Assembly: GCA_011042725.1 (NCBI GenBank)
Contig: DQWD01000185.1
Span: 24,832-88,831 of the forward strand
DNA length: 64,000 nt
Origin: Candidatus Aminicenantes bacterium
Lineage (GTDB): Bacteria > Acidobacteriota > Aminicenantia > Aminicenantales > Aminicenantaceae
Direction: 5' to 3'
The notes under the pieces are model-generated. The model searched no databases and was not told the origin of the DNA. It saw only the letters and a list, made by a program, of their open reading frames with translations. The translations under genes and the position numbers were made by a program. Below are positions 49,671-58,604 of the stretch, in pieces; position 1 is the first letter of the stretch; each line of letters begins with the position of its first letter.

Positions 49671-50364
49671 CTTCTAATCTTTCTATCTATTAAATTTTAC
49701 CATCTGGTAATTCAGAATTACCCGCATCTTAGATAGAATCCGCGAATTTGAAGTTTGTCTTATCTCTATCTTAAATAGATTCACCAATCCTTGATTCAGG
49801 CTCTTTATTTTAGACCAACTTTACAAATTCAGGAATTAGTTGGGGAAAAAAATAATTGTCTCTACTATCACATAAATTTGATAGGCCCAAGGCTGTAACC
49901 AAGCAAAATTCTCAAGATAAAAAGGAGAAAAAGGAGATTAATCTTAGCCTCTTTACCAATAAACAAATGAGGATTTTAAATAATTAAGTCATTGTTCATA
50001 AGTAATCATAAGTAATCATTACAGTCCCAACGTTTATTAAACGGAAAAATTTGTGTTGATATTGTTGAAGTTACACGATAAAAAAATGGAATTTTGTTTC
50101 AAATCGATTATGATATATTTCATTGTAATTTAATTGAATTCAATAAATTACCCAAAATGCAGAAATATCTTTGGGACACGAATGATAAGTAATAATAAAA
50201 TTTTAGATAAGGTAAGCTGCCCGGACCCAAGATATCTTTCCCTATAATATTCTTTAATCAAAGAAATGAAAGAGCCTAGTTAGCCCAAGAAAATAAACAA
50301 GCAATAATTGTCGCCCCAGCGGTTTTATTGAATTTTTCTCGGGCTTACTTTAGAATGAGAAAAA

Positions 50365-51645
50365 ATGGCCAAAATCAGGATTCTAGGAAATCATGATCTT
50401 CACCTTCATGGTCGGGTCAAGATTAGCGGAGCCAAAAACGCAGTTTTGCCTGCGATTGCCGCCTCTCTTTTGACTAAGGAACCACTCCAGCTTCACAACA
50501 TTCCCCTAGTCAAAGATGTTTTCACCATTTTAACCTTAATGGAAGGCTTAGGAGCCGAGTATTCCCTTGAAAATGACTCCCTTAGTATTCAGACCAGAAA
50601 TATTCGCTCTGATGAAGCTTCCTACGAGCACGTTCGAGCCATGAGAGCCTCTATTCTCGTCCTCGGCCCCCTATTGGCCCGGCATGGCAAAGCCATCGTT
50701 GCTCTTCCAGGAGGCTGCGCCATCGGTTCCCGGCCAATCGATCTCCATATTCATGGTCTGGAAAAGATGGGAGCTTTCATTTCTTTAGAACACGGCTACA
50801 TCCACGCCGAAACTAACAGGCTAAAGGGAACAGAAATAGAATTCGAAAAGAAGACTGTTGGCGGCACAGAAAACCTGGTGATGGCCGCTTGCCTAGCCCA
50901 GGGAGAAACAATCCTTCGTAATTGTTCTTTAGAACCTGAAGTAGTGAACCTCTGTCATCTCCTTGTTAAAATGGGGGCCAAGATTGATGGCATTGGCGAG
51001 GAAACCATGCAAATCAAGGGAGTTGAATCTCTGGGAGGAGCTACTCACGAAATAATTCCTGACCGTATCGAAGCAGGAACTTTCTTGGTAGCCGGGGCCT
51101 TAAACCAGGGAAAGATTACTCTTGAAGGAGTAATTCCTGAGCATTTAACCACGGTCATCGAAAAGTTAAAATTTTCTGGCACAGAAATTCACCGCCATCC
51201 CCACCGGGTTGACGTTTTAAGAGTTCAAGGCGCTCCGGAAATAAAACCTCAAGACGTCACTACTTCTCCCTACCCCGGTTTTCCCACCGATATGCAAGCT
51301 CAATTTACCGTCTTGATGACCCAAGCCGAGGGCACCTCGATTATCACCGAAACTATCTTTGACCGGCGCTTCTCTCACGTCAATGAATTACTCCGTTTAG
51401 GAGCCAACATTGAAGTTTTTCAAGACAAGGCCATCGTCAAAGGAAAAACCCCTCTCTCTGGAGCAGAGGTAATTGCTTCTGATCTCCGGGCCTCGGCCTC
51501 CCTAGTGCTGGCTGGACTTATCGCCAATGGAGAAACCATTATCAACGACATGGAACACCTTGACCGAGGTTACGAAAAAATTGAAGAAAAACTAAAAACT
51601 CTGGGAGCACATATTGAACGCTTACCGGAGGAGGAGAGTAGCTAA
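50365..51645 (+). CDS. murA: UDP-N-acetylglucosamine 1-carboxyvinyltransferase
   Basis: ISGAKNAVLP, LPGGCAIGSRPID, PDRIEAGTF, PGFPTDMQAQ, DLRASA. Confidence 0.97.
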   Translation: MAKIRILGNHDLHLHGRVKISGAKNAVLPAIAASLLTKEPLQLHNIPLVKDVFTILTLMEGLGAEYSLENDSLSIQTRNIRSDEASYEHVRAMRASILVLGPLLARHGKAIVALPGGCAIGSRPIDLHIHGLEKMGAFISLEHGYIHAETNRLKGTEIEFEKKTVGGTENLVMAACLAQGETILRNCSLEPEVVNLCHLLVKMGAKIDGIGEETMQIKGVESLGGATHEIIPDRIEAGTFLVAGALNQGKITLEGVIPEHLTTVIEKLKFSGTEIHRHPHRVDVLRVQGAPEIKPQDVTTSPYPGFPTDMQAQFTVLMTQAEGTSIITETIFDRRFSHVNELLRLGANIEVFQDKAIVKGKTPLSGAEVIASDLRASASLVLAGLIANGETIINDMEHLDRGYEKIEEKLKTLGAHIERLPEEESS

Positions 51646-51989
51646 TGGATGATTGTATCTTCTGCCAAATTGCCGCCAAAAAAATCCCGTCGAAAATTAT
51701 TTATGAAGACGAGGAAGTCATCGCTTTCGAAGACATAAAGCCTCAAGCTCCTGTGCATCTTTTAGTTATCCCGCGGGAGCATTTTTCTTCTCTCAATCAA
51801 GTCCCCGCCGGAAAAGAAGCTCTCTTGGGAAAAATTCTGCTGGTCGCCAGAAAAATTGCTGAAGAGAAAGGAGTCGCTGAATCTGGCTACCGAATCGTTC
51901 TTAATACCGCCGCGGATTCAGGTCAAGAAGTCCTCCATCTGCATTTTCATCTTCTCGGCGGGCGGCGAATGACCTGGCCTCCCGGATAA
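51645..51989 (+). CDS. hinT: HIT family nucleotide-binding protein
   Basis: DCIFCQI, DIKPQAPVH, HLHFHLLGG. Confidence 0.93.
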   Translation: MDDCIFCQIAAKKIPSKIIYEDEEVIAFEDIKPQAPVHLLVIPREHFSSLNQVPAGKEALLGKILLVARKIAEEKGVAESGYRIVLNTAADSGQEVLHLHFHLLGGRRMTWPPG

Positions 51990-52028
51990 AAAAGGCCAGC
52001 TCATAAAAATAAAACAAGGAGGAGCAAG

Positions 52029-52685
52029 ATGAAAATTACCTGGTGGGGTCACGCAGCCGTTTACATCGAAGGGAGCCGGACCGTAATCATTGATCCTTTT
52101 TTAACCGGAAATCCGGTCGCGGCAATCACTCCGGATGAAATCAATCACGCCGATATAGTGATTGTCACTCACGATCACGGTGACCATTTGGGAGATGCTT
52201 TCACTATCTGTAAAAAGACCAAAGCAACTCTGGTGGGAATCCATGAAATTGCGGTCATGGCCCAAGAAAATGGGCTTGAAGCCGAAGGGATGAACATTGG
52301 TGGTACTATCCAAGTTAAAGGTGTAACTATCCATATGGTCAATGCTCTGCATTCTTGTGATAAAGGTGACCCGGCCGGAGTGGTGGTGGAGATGGACGGT
52401 CAAACACTTTATCACGCTGGGGATACGGCATTAACTTACGACATGAAATTAATCGGAGAATTTTTCCAGCCTGACCTCAGTTTCCTCCCCATTGGTGATC
52501 GCTATACCATGGGAATTCCCTCGGCCGCCAAAGCCGTTGAATTTACCCAAACAAAAAAAGTGATCCCCATTCATTACGGCACCTTCCCCTTGGTAGCTGC
52601 TGATCCTTTCGAATTCAAAAAAAGGGTGGGCGACCGAGCCGAAGTAATCATTCTTAAGCAAGGCGAATCCTATAACTTGGTTTAA
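52029..52685 (+). CDS. Metal-dependent hydrolase (UPF0173, MBL fold)
   Basis: WWGHA, IDPFLTGNP, THDHGDH, YHAGDT, PIHYGTFP; SD AAGGAGG. Confidence 0.9.
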   Translation: MKITWWGHAAVYIEGSRTVIIDPFLTGNPVAAITPDEINHADIVIVTHDHGDHLGDAFTICKKTKATLVGIHEIAVMAQENGLEAEGMNIGGTIQVKGVTIHMVNALHSCDKGDPAGVVVEMDGQTLYHAGDTALTYDMKLIGEFFQPDLSFLPIGDRYTMGIPSAAKAVEFTQTKKVIPIHYGTFPLVAADPFEFKKRVGDRAEVIILKQGESYNLV

Positions 52686-52744
52686 AACAGGCAGCTAAAA
52701 CTCGGAAGAAAAAAGAAAACGAGAGTAATTCTAGGTAGAAGGTA

Positions 52745-53227
52745 ATGGCCTATTTAATCGATGGCAATAATCTAACCGGCTATTTATTCGCTCCTTTCCT
52801 CCATAATCCTGAGTCGCGAGAATGGGTAGTAGAAATTCTCCTGATCTTTCAAAAAATAAAGAAAACTAAAGTCATCATTGTTTTTGACGGTCCCCCTCAG
52901 GCCGAACTGGAAGAAATGGCTCAAAGCAATGACCGGCTTGAAGTGCTTTTTCCACCCCCTGGAGAAAAGGCCGATAAGGTAATTATCGATATCCTGGCTA
53001 ATCGTACCAATAAAAAAAACTTCTGGGTCATTACTACTGACCGAGAAATCAGGACTAAGGCCCGTGAGTTGGGGTTTAAGTCGCTTGCTTCGGCTGAATT
53101 TGCCCAGGAATTAAAGCGAGTCCGTAAACGTCACCAGCGCTTTTTAGAACACCAAAAAGAAACAATAACACCTACTCCCTTAGAAATTCAGCACTGGGTG
53201 GAATTATTCAGCCAAAAAAAGAAATAA
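52745..53227 (+). CDS. NYN-domain (YacP/Rae1-like) putative RNase
   Basis: YLIDGNN, VFDG, ADKVI, ITTDREI. Confidence 0.8.
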   Translation: MAYLIDGNNLTGYLFAPFLHNPESREWVVEILLIFQKIKKTKVIIVFDGPPQAELEEMAQSNDRLEVLFPPPGEKADKVIIDILANRTNKKNFWVITTDREIRTKARELGFKSLASAEFAQELKRVRKRHQRFLEHQKETITPTPLEIQHWVELFSQKKK

Positions 53228-53311
53228 AAAATAAACTAAATGCCTTAGGGCAAAGAGCTGGATCTAATTAATGAAAGCATTGATCCCCAAAAAATATAAA
53301 CTGTTAACCTT

Positions 53312-54187
53312 ATGAAAAAAATCACTTTTTCCGTGGTTGGGTCTGGCCGCCTAGGAACTTGCTTAGCTCGAGCCTTGGTCCGCACTGCCTTTCAACTGGA
53401 AAGCCTTTATAGCTTGCATCGGAAATCAGCCGAAGAAAGTCGCCAAATTATCGGCGCCGGCCGAGTGAGGTCTTCCTTGACCGAAGCAGTCGCCCAGGGA
53501 GAAATAATCCTTCTAACCGTTAAGGATGATTACTTGGCTGAAGTGATTTCCCGCCTATCTTCCCTTTCTCTTGACTGGGCGAGTAAATATGTATTTCACA
53601 CCAGCGGACTTTACTCTTCAACCATCCTGAAAGAGCTTCAGGAAAAAGGCGCCACCACCGGCGCTCTTCATCCCCTGCAAAGCTTTCCTCGAAAAGATCT
53701 CCCCCCCGAAATTTTTCATCAAATATTCTTTGTTTTTGACGGTAGTGAAAAAGCTCTATCCCTTGCTAAACAAATCGCCGAAAGCTTGGGTGGACAGCTA
53801 ATTACCCTGCCTCCCCACCAACGACCACTTTATCATACCGCCTGCTCACTGGCCTCCAACTATTTGGTTGGGCTTATTTATGCTTCTTCCTCTCTCCTTC
53901 AAGAAGCGGGACTGAATCAAAGAGAAAGTGTCGCTCTTTTGCGGCCTCTTATTTGCCAAACCATTAACAATATCCAAGAAATGGGAATAGAAGAGAGTCT
54001 CACCGGCCCCTTGCAAAGGGGCGATTTAAAAACAATGGCTCAACAGTTGGCCGCGCTAAAAGACTTCCCCTCGGTTAAGAGGTCTTTCATTTCTCTTAGT
54101 TATCTCCTCTTGGAAATAGCTGAAAAGAAGAGAGTCTTGTCCCCCCAAAAAATTGCGCACATTAAGCATCTTCTGGAAGAAAAATAA
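53312..54187 (+). CDS. Rossmann-like + DUF2520 oxidoreductase (PanG-like)
   Basis: GSGRLG, HTSG, LHPLQSF, YHTACSLASN, LTGPLQRGD. Confidence 0.88.
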   Translation: MKKITFSVVGSGRLGTCLARALVRTAFQLESLYSLHRKSAEESRQIIGAGRVRSSLTEAVAQGEIILLTVKDDYLAEVISRLSSLSLDWASKYVFHTSGLYSSTILKELQEKGATTGALHPLQSFPRKDLPPEIFHQIFFVFDGSEKALSLAKQIAESLGGQLITLPPHQRPLYHTACSLASNYLVGLIYASSSLLQEAGLNQRESVALLRPLICQTINNIQEMGIEESLTGPLQRGDLKTMAQQLAALKDFPSVKRSFISLSYLLLEIAEKKRVLSPQKIAHIKHLLEEK

Positions 54188-55091
54188 CCTCTTCCTCCAG
54201 TTCCAGGCCAAAACGGCGGCGAATTCTTTCTTTTAACGACGAAGCTAATTTAAGCACATCTTGAGCTGTGGCCCCTCCCAGATTATAGATAAAATTAGCA
54301 TGGGCCTGAGAAACAGCCGCTCCTCCCACCCGCAATCCTTTGGCCCCGACTTGTTCGAGCAGCGGAGCCACTGCTATTTTGCGGCCACTGGGAAGAAGGG
54401 GATTCTTGAAAAAACTCCCCCCGCTGGGAAGCGTGGGGGAGGGAAGTTTATTTCGCCTCTGTTTGAGAATCTCGCTAATTTTCGCCTTTAGCGCCTCTTT
54501 CTCACCAGGCTTCAACTTTAGCTTGACACTGAGGATGATGTCTTGACTATTCTTCAGACTACTCCACCGGTAGCTGAATTGAAGATGCGGAGGTTCAATT
54601 TCGATAATCTCGCCGGATCTATTTAAAAGACGAACACTCTCGACACATTCTCCAATGTCATGCCCAAAGGCACCAGCATTACCATAGACGGCTCCTCCTA
54701 CTGTTCCTGGAATACCAGCCAAGAATTCAAGGCCGGCCAGTGAGAAATCTTGCCCAAAGGTGATTAACTCGGCCAGCTCCGTCCCCGAATGGACCATAAT
54801 TCGATAAGAGTCCACCCGCTGAATTTTTCGCAACCCATTTTTGATGATTAAACCTCGATATCCCCGGTCATCAAAAAGAATATTATAGCCGCCGCCAATT
54901 ACTCGGAAGCGCAAGTCACACTCCCGCGCCAAATTTACCACGGCGAGCATCTCTTCTTCCTTAGTAGCCACAAAGAAAAAATCGGCCGGACCTCCGATCT
55001 GAAAATGACAATGATTAGCCAAGGGTTCATTAGTTGTTAAACTTTTACCAACTCTCTGTAAAAAAATTTCACAAATCTCTTCTTTTTTCAT
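54162..55091 (-). CDS. murB: UDP-N-acetylenolpyruvoylglucosamine reductase
   Basis: IGGPAD, GIPGTVGGA..GNAGA, GSFFKNP, HANF, LEEEV. Confidence 0.95.
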   Translation of the reverse strand: MKKEEICEIFLQRVGKSLTTNEPLANHCHFQIGGPADFFFVATKEEEMLAVVNLARECDLRFRVIGGGYNILFDDRGYRGLIIKNGLRKIQRVDSYRIMVHSGTELAELITFGQDFSLAGLEFLAGIPGTVGGAVYGNAGAFGHDIGECVESVRLLNRSGEIIEIEPPHLQFSYRWSSLKNSQDIILSVKLKLKPGEKEALKAKISEILKQRRNKLPSPTLPSGGSFFKNPLLPSGRKIAVAPLLEQVGAKGLRVGGAAVSQAHANFIYNLGGATAQDVLKLASSLKERIRRRFGLELEEEVIFLPEDA

Positions 55092-55162
55092 GGAAGTCTA
55101 TTTTTATTTTAACCCCCTTCCCTTGATTAAACAATTAATTTTCTTAAGGATCAACTTGAATT

Positions 55163-55178
55163 TGGCACCAAATTTGCT
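55163..55178 (+). promoter_or_regulatory. sigma54 (-24/-12) promoter
   Basis: TGGCAC-CAAAT-TTGCT, exact match to TGGCAC-N5-TTGCW, intergenic, oriented towards 55321. Confidence 0.7.
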
Positions 55179-55211
55179 ATATAGTATTTTGTCTTAGTTA
55201 TAAAAGGCTAT

Positions 55212-55245
55212 AAAAGGCACGTGGTTAAAAAAGGCACGTGGCTAA
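55212..55245. repeat. 17-bp tandem direct repeat
   Basis: AAAAGGCACGTGGTTAA / AAAAGGCACGTGGCTAA (one mismatch). Confidence 0.85.
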
Positions 55246-55264
55246 GAATGCGGGTTATATTTTA

Positions 55265-55293
55265 TTGACAATTTGCATTTGGTAAGCTATGAT
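55265..55293 (+). promoter_or_regulatory. sigma70 promoter
   Basis: TTGACA-17-TATGAT upstream of GAGGAG SD and ATG 55321. Confidence 0.7.
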
Positions 55294-55320
55294 TCCAAAA
55301 ATTTTTGAGGAGAGACCAAA

Positions 55321-56508
55321 ATGAGAAAAATAATTGTTGTGCTTATTGCTCTAACTCTATTCCTCCCTTCCTCCTTCTTTGCCCAGTCCGAGGCTGATCA
55401 AGCTTATATTAAAGCAATGACCTCCCAAGATCCGGGGCAAAAGGCTCAATTACTCAAAGAATATATAAGAAAGTATGCAGGACAGGGAACCAAATATGAA
55501 AATTTTGCTTACGCCAACCTTTGTTTGCTCCAATATCCTGGCAAAACCCCTCAAGAAACGGTCAACTATGGGGAAAAAGCTCTCGCTCTTGATGGCCTCG
55601 ATAGTTTGACTAAAGCCCAAGTCCTCATCCAGGTGGCTGGCATTTATGTGGCCACGGGCCAAAATCTAAGTAAGGCCCAAAGTTATGCCAGCCAAATTAT
55701 TCAATTGGCTCAAAGCAATAAAGCAAAAGCTGACAAGGCCAACGCCGCCAAGCAATGGCAGACCTTTCAAGGTGCCGGATATTTCGTTCAAGCCCAAGCA
55801 ATGGAAAAAGCCGGCAACTTAAATGGTGCGGTCAAAGCCTATCTTAATTCCTACTCCATTTTAAAGAATAACCAAATTATTGCTTCTTTAAAGAAAGTCG
55901 GGAAGGCTTTATATGACCGCCAAAAATACAACGAAGCCGCCCAAGCTTTTAAGCTTCCTGCCACTTCCATGAACGACTTCCCCAGCCTTGTTTATTATGC
56001 TAAAGCTCTCCATCGAGCTGGTAAAACAACCGAAGCGTTGAAGTATTATAAGCAAGCTTATGCGAAAGAGAAAAGCGGCGAATTGGCCTATAACATTGGA
56101 ATCATTCTGGCTGCTCAAACCAAGACCAAGCCTTTGCTGAGTCAAGAAGCTATCGACTATCTCCTCCAAGCCGCCTTCTTGTCCAAGACCTATTCTGAAA
56201 AAGCCATGAAATTGGCCGAAAGCTTATTCTTCACCCAAAATCCAACCCTTCAATACAATGAAACAGTCAAAGAATTAGCTACGCGCGCCAAGAATCTGGA
56301 AAATTTAACCAACACCTTTAATTCTAAATTTGGAAACAAGGAAGAAGAAGAGCTCTCTGAAGAAGAAAAAATGGAAATGGAAAAGTTGCTCAAGCAAATC
56401 GAAGCCGAACAACAAGCAATTAAGGATCTGGAAGCTAAACAGCAAGCCGCCCTCGATAAATTCAATCAACTCATCGCTCAAACAAAACAGAAGTTGGGGA
56501 TAAAATAA
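55321..56508 (+). CDS. Secreted TPR-like protein with C-terminal coiled coil
   Basis: Signal peptide (SFFA-Q), TPR-like helices, acidic/coiled-coil tail. Confidence 0.75.
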   Translation: MRKIIVVLIALTLFLPSSFFAQSEADQAYIKAMTSQDPGQKAQLLKEYIRKYAGQGTKYENFAYANLCLLQYPGKTPQETVNYGEKALALDGLDSLTKAQVLIQVAGIYVATGQNLSKAQSYASQIIQLAQSNKAKADKANAAKQWQTFQGAGYFVQAQAMEKAGNLNGAVKAYLNSYSILKNNQIIASLKKVGKALYDRQKYNEAAQAFKLPATSMNDFPSLVYYAKALHRAGKTTEALKYYKQAYAKEKSGELAYNIGIILAAQTKTKPLLSQEAIDYLLQAAFLSKTYSEKAMKLAESLFFTQNPTLQYNETVKELATRAKNLENLTNTFNSKFGNKEEEELSEEEKMEMEKLLKQIEAEQQAIKDLEAKQQAALDKFNQLIAQTKQKLGIK

Positions 56509-56578
56509 TTAATCTTAAAAGATAAAAATTCTTTAAACATAATAATTTTAAGTTCCTCTTGGGGAGGAGGGTGGTAAA

Positions 56579-58591
56579 GTGGGGATCACTAAGCACGAAG
56601 CAACCAAGAGGATCGACAAACTCCGTCAACAAATCCGCTATCATGAAAAAAAATACTATGTCGACAACGATCCTCAAATTTCCGACTACGAATTCGATAA
56701 TCTCGTTAAGGAACTCGAAAAACTAGAAAGCCAATTCCCTGAACTTATAACTCCTGATTCTCCCACCCAGCGAGTTGGGGAGCAGCCGGTAGAAAGCTTC
56801 CCTTCAGTCGAACATTCTATTCCGATGCTGAGCTTGGACAATTGTTATAGCCAAGAAGAATTTATCGAATTTGTCCAGAGAATCGACAAACTCTTACCTG
56901 GCGAAAAATTGGAATTTGTGGCCGAGTTAAAAATAGATGGCTTGGGTATCGCCATTATCTACCGCAACGGTCATTTTAACCAGGCCATCACCAGAGGAGA
57001 TGGGTTCCGGGGAGATGATGTCTCGGCCAATGTTAAAACTATCCGGAGTTTACCTCTAGCCATCTCCTTAAAAGAGGAAGTGGAAGTCCGAGGCGAAATT
57101 TATCTTCCCTTCGCCTCCTTTGAAAAAATCAATCAAGAGCGAGAAAAAAAAGGAGAATCTCTTTTTGCTAATCCACGCAATGCTGCGGCCGGAACAATTC
57201 GTCTTCTTGATCCTCGCGAAGTTGCTCAACGCCAACTCGATGTTTATCTCTACTATATTTTTGTCAACGGCCAGCAACAGCCCAGCCAATGGGAAAACCT
57301 TCAACTACTAAAAAAATTGGGCTTTAAGATCAATCCTCATGTTCGCCTCTGCCGGAGCGTCGAGGAAGTCCTCACTTATTATGACTACTGGAAACAGCAC
57401 CGGGATGATCTCGATTTTGATGTGGATGGGATTGTCATCAAGATTAATTCTACTGATCAACAACAAAGGTTAGGATTTACCGCCAAATTCCCCCGCTGGG
57501 CCATCGCCTATAAATTCCCTGCTCGCCAGGCCACCACTCGCCTTATTGACATTAAGATTCAAGTTGGTCGCACCGGAGCATTAACTCCCGTGGCCATTCT
57601 TCAACCTGTCCAGCTTTCGGGAATCACTATCACTCGCTCTACTCTCCACAACGAAGAAGAGTTGCGCCGCAAAGACATTCGCCTGGGAGATTATGTTTTA
57701 ATTGAACGTAGCGGCGATGTCATCCCCAAAGTAGTGGCCGTAATGAAGGAGCGCCGGACAGGCCAGGAAAAACCATTTGTCTTTCCTCCCCGGTGTCCCA
57801 TATGCCAGACCCCAGTTTTTAAGCCTAAAGGGGAAGTCATCTCCCGCTGCATTAATCCCTCCTGTCCAGCACGCCTTAGGGAAGCAATCCTCCATTTTGC
57901 TTCGCGCCGAGCAATGAATATCGAAGGCTTAGGTGAGGCTTTAGTCGATCAATTAATGGCCAAGAAGCTCATTAAAGGTATCCCCGACCTATTCCATCTG
58001 CAACAAGAGCAACTGGAGAAATTGGAAAGAATGGGACCTAAAAGTGCCCAAAATCTCCTCAACCAAATCGATGCGGCCAAAAAGAGAAACTTCCATCGTT
58101 TGCTTTACGCTCTGGGCATTCGATACGTGGGCGAAAAGACAGCCCAAATCCTCGCCACCCATTTCCGCAGCCTAGATAAATTAGCCCAAGCTTCCTACAA
58201 GGAACTAGTCGAGCTCCCTGATATTGGTCCTAAGGTGGCTGAAAGCATTATTTTTTTCTTCCGCCAAAAGCAAAACCAAGAACTCCTCCAGCGACTAAAA
58301 GAGGCCGGGTTGAAAACTGAAGAAGAGAAAGAAACCGGCGAAGCACCCAGCCAGGGGCGTTTTGCCGGGATGACCTTTGTTCTAACCGGCGAGTTAAATC
58401 GATTTACTCGCGACGAAGCTCGAAAAATCATTGAAAACCTGGGAGGAAAAGTCACTTCTTCGGTGAGTCGTAAAACTACAGTGGTGATTGTCGGGCAGAA
58501 TCCTGGCTCTAAATTACAACGGGCCCAAGAGCTTAACATCCCTATTTGGACAGAAGAAAAGTTTCTTCATCAGGCTGGCCTCACGGCTTAA
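56579..58591 (+). CDS. ligA: NAD-dependent DNA ligase
   Basis: PMLSLDN, ELKIDG, TRGDG, FANPRNAAAG, Zn finger CPIC..C..C, C-terminal BRCT. Confidence 0.98.
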   Translation: MGITKHEATKRIDKLRQQIRYHEKKYYVDNDPQISDYEFDNLVKELEKLESQFPELITPDSPTQRVGEQPVESFPSVEHSIPMLSLDNCYSQEEFIEFVQRIDKLLPGEKLEFVAELKIDGLGIAIIYRNGHFNQAITRGDGFRGDDVSANVKTIRSLPLAISLKEEVEVRGEIYLPFASFEKINQEREKKGESLFANPRNAAAGTIRLLDPREVAQRQLDVYLYYIFVNGQQQPSQWENLQLLKKLGFKINPHVRLCRSVEEVLTYYDYWKQHRDDLDFDVDGIVIKINSTDQQQRLGFTAKFPRWAIAYKFPARQATTRLIDIKIQVGRTGALTPVAILQPVQLSGITITRSTLHNEEELRRKDIRLGDYVLIERSGDVIPKVVAVMKERRTGQEKPFVFPPRCPICQTPVFKPKGEVISRCINPSCPARLREAILHFASRRAMNIEGLGEALVDQLMAKKLIKGIPDLFHLQQEQLEKLERMGPKSAQNLLNQIDAAKKRNFHRLLYALGIRYVGEKTAQILATHFRSLDKLAQASYKELVELPDIGPKVAESIIFFFRQKQNQELLQRLKEAGLKTEEEKETGEAPSQGRFAGMTFVLTGELNRFTRDEARKIIENLGGKVTSSVSRKTTVVIVGQNPGSKLQRAQELNIPIWTEEKFLHQAGLTA

Positions 58592-58604
58592 ATAATGGTT
58601 TCTT

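Noticed and set aside
49996..50019. 10-bp tandem repeat TCATAAGTAA x2.4
   Set aside because: Short AT-rich duplication with no spacers or functional context; not CRISPR
50157..50192. MQKYLWDTNDK resembling a PIN/VapC N-terminus
   Set aside because: Only 11 codons, no SD, and no continuation in other frames that I could recognise
55201..55245. Tandem repeat as a mini-CRISPR
   Set aside because: Units are adjacent with no spacer, only 17 bp, and there are no cas genes
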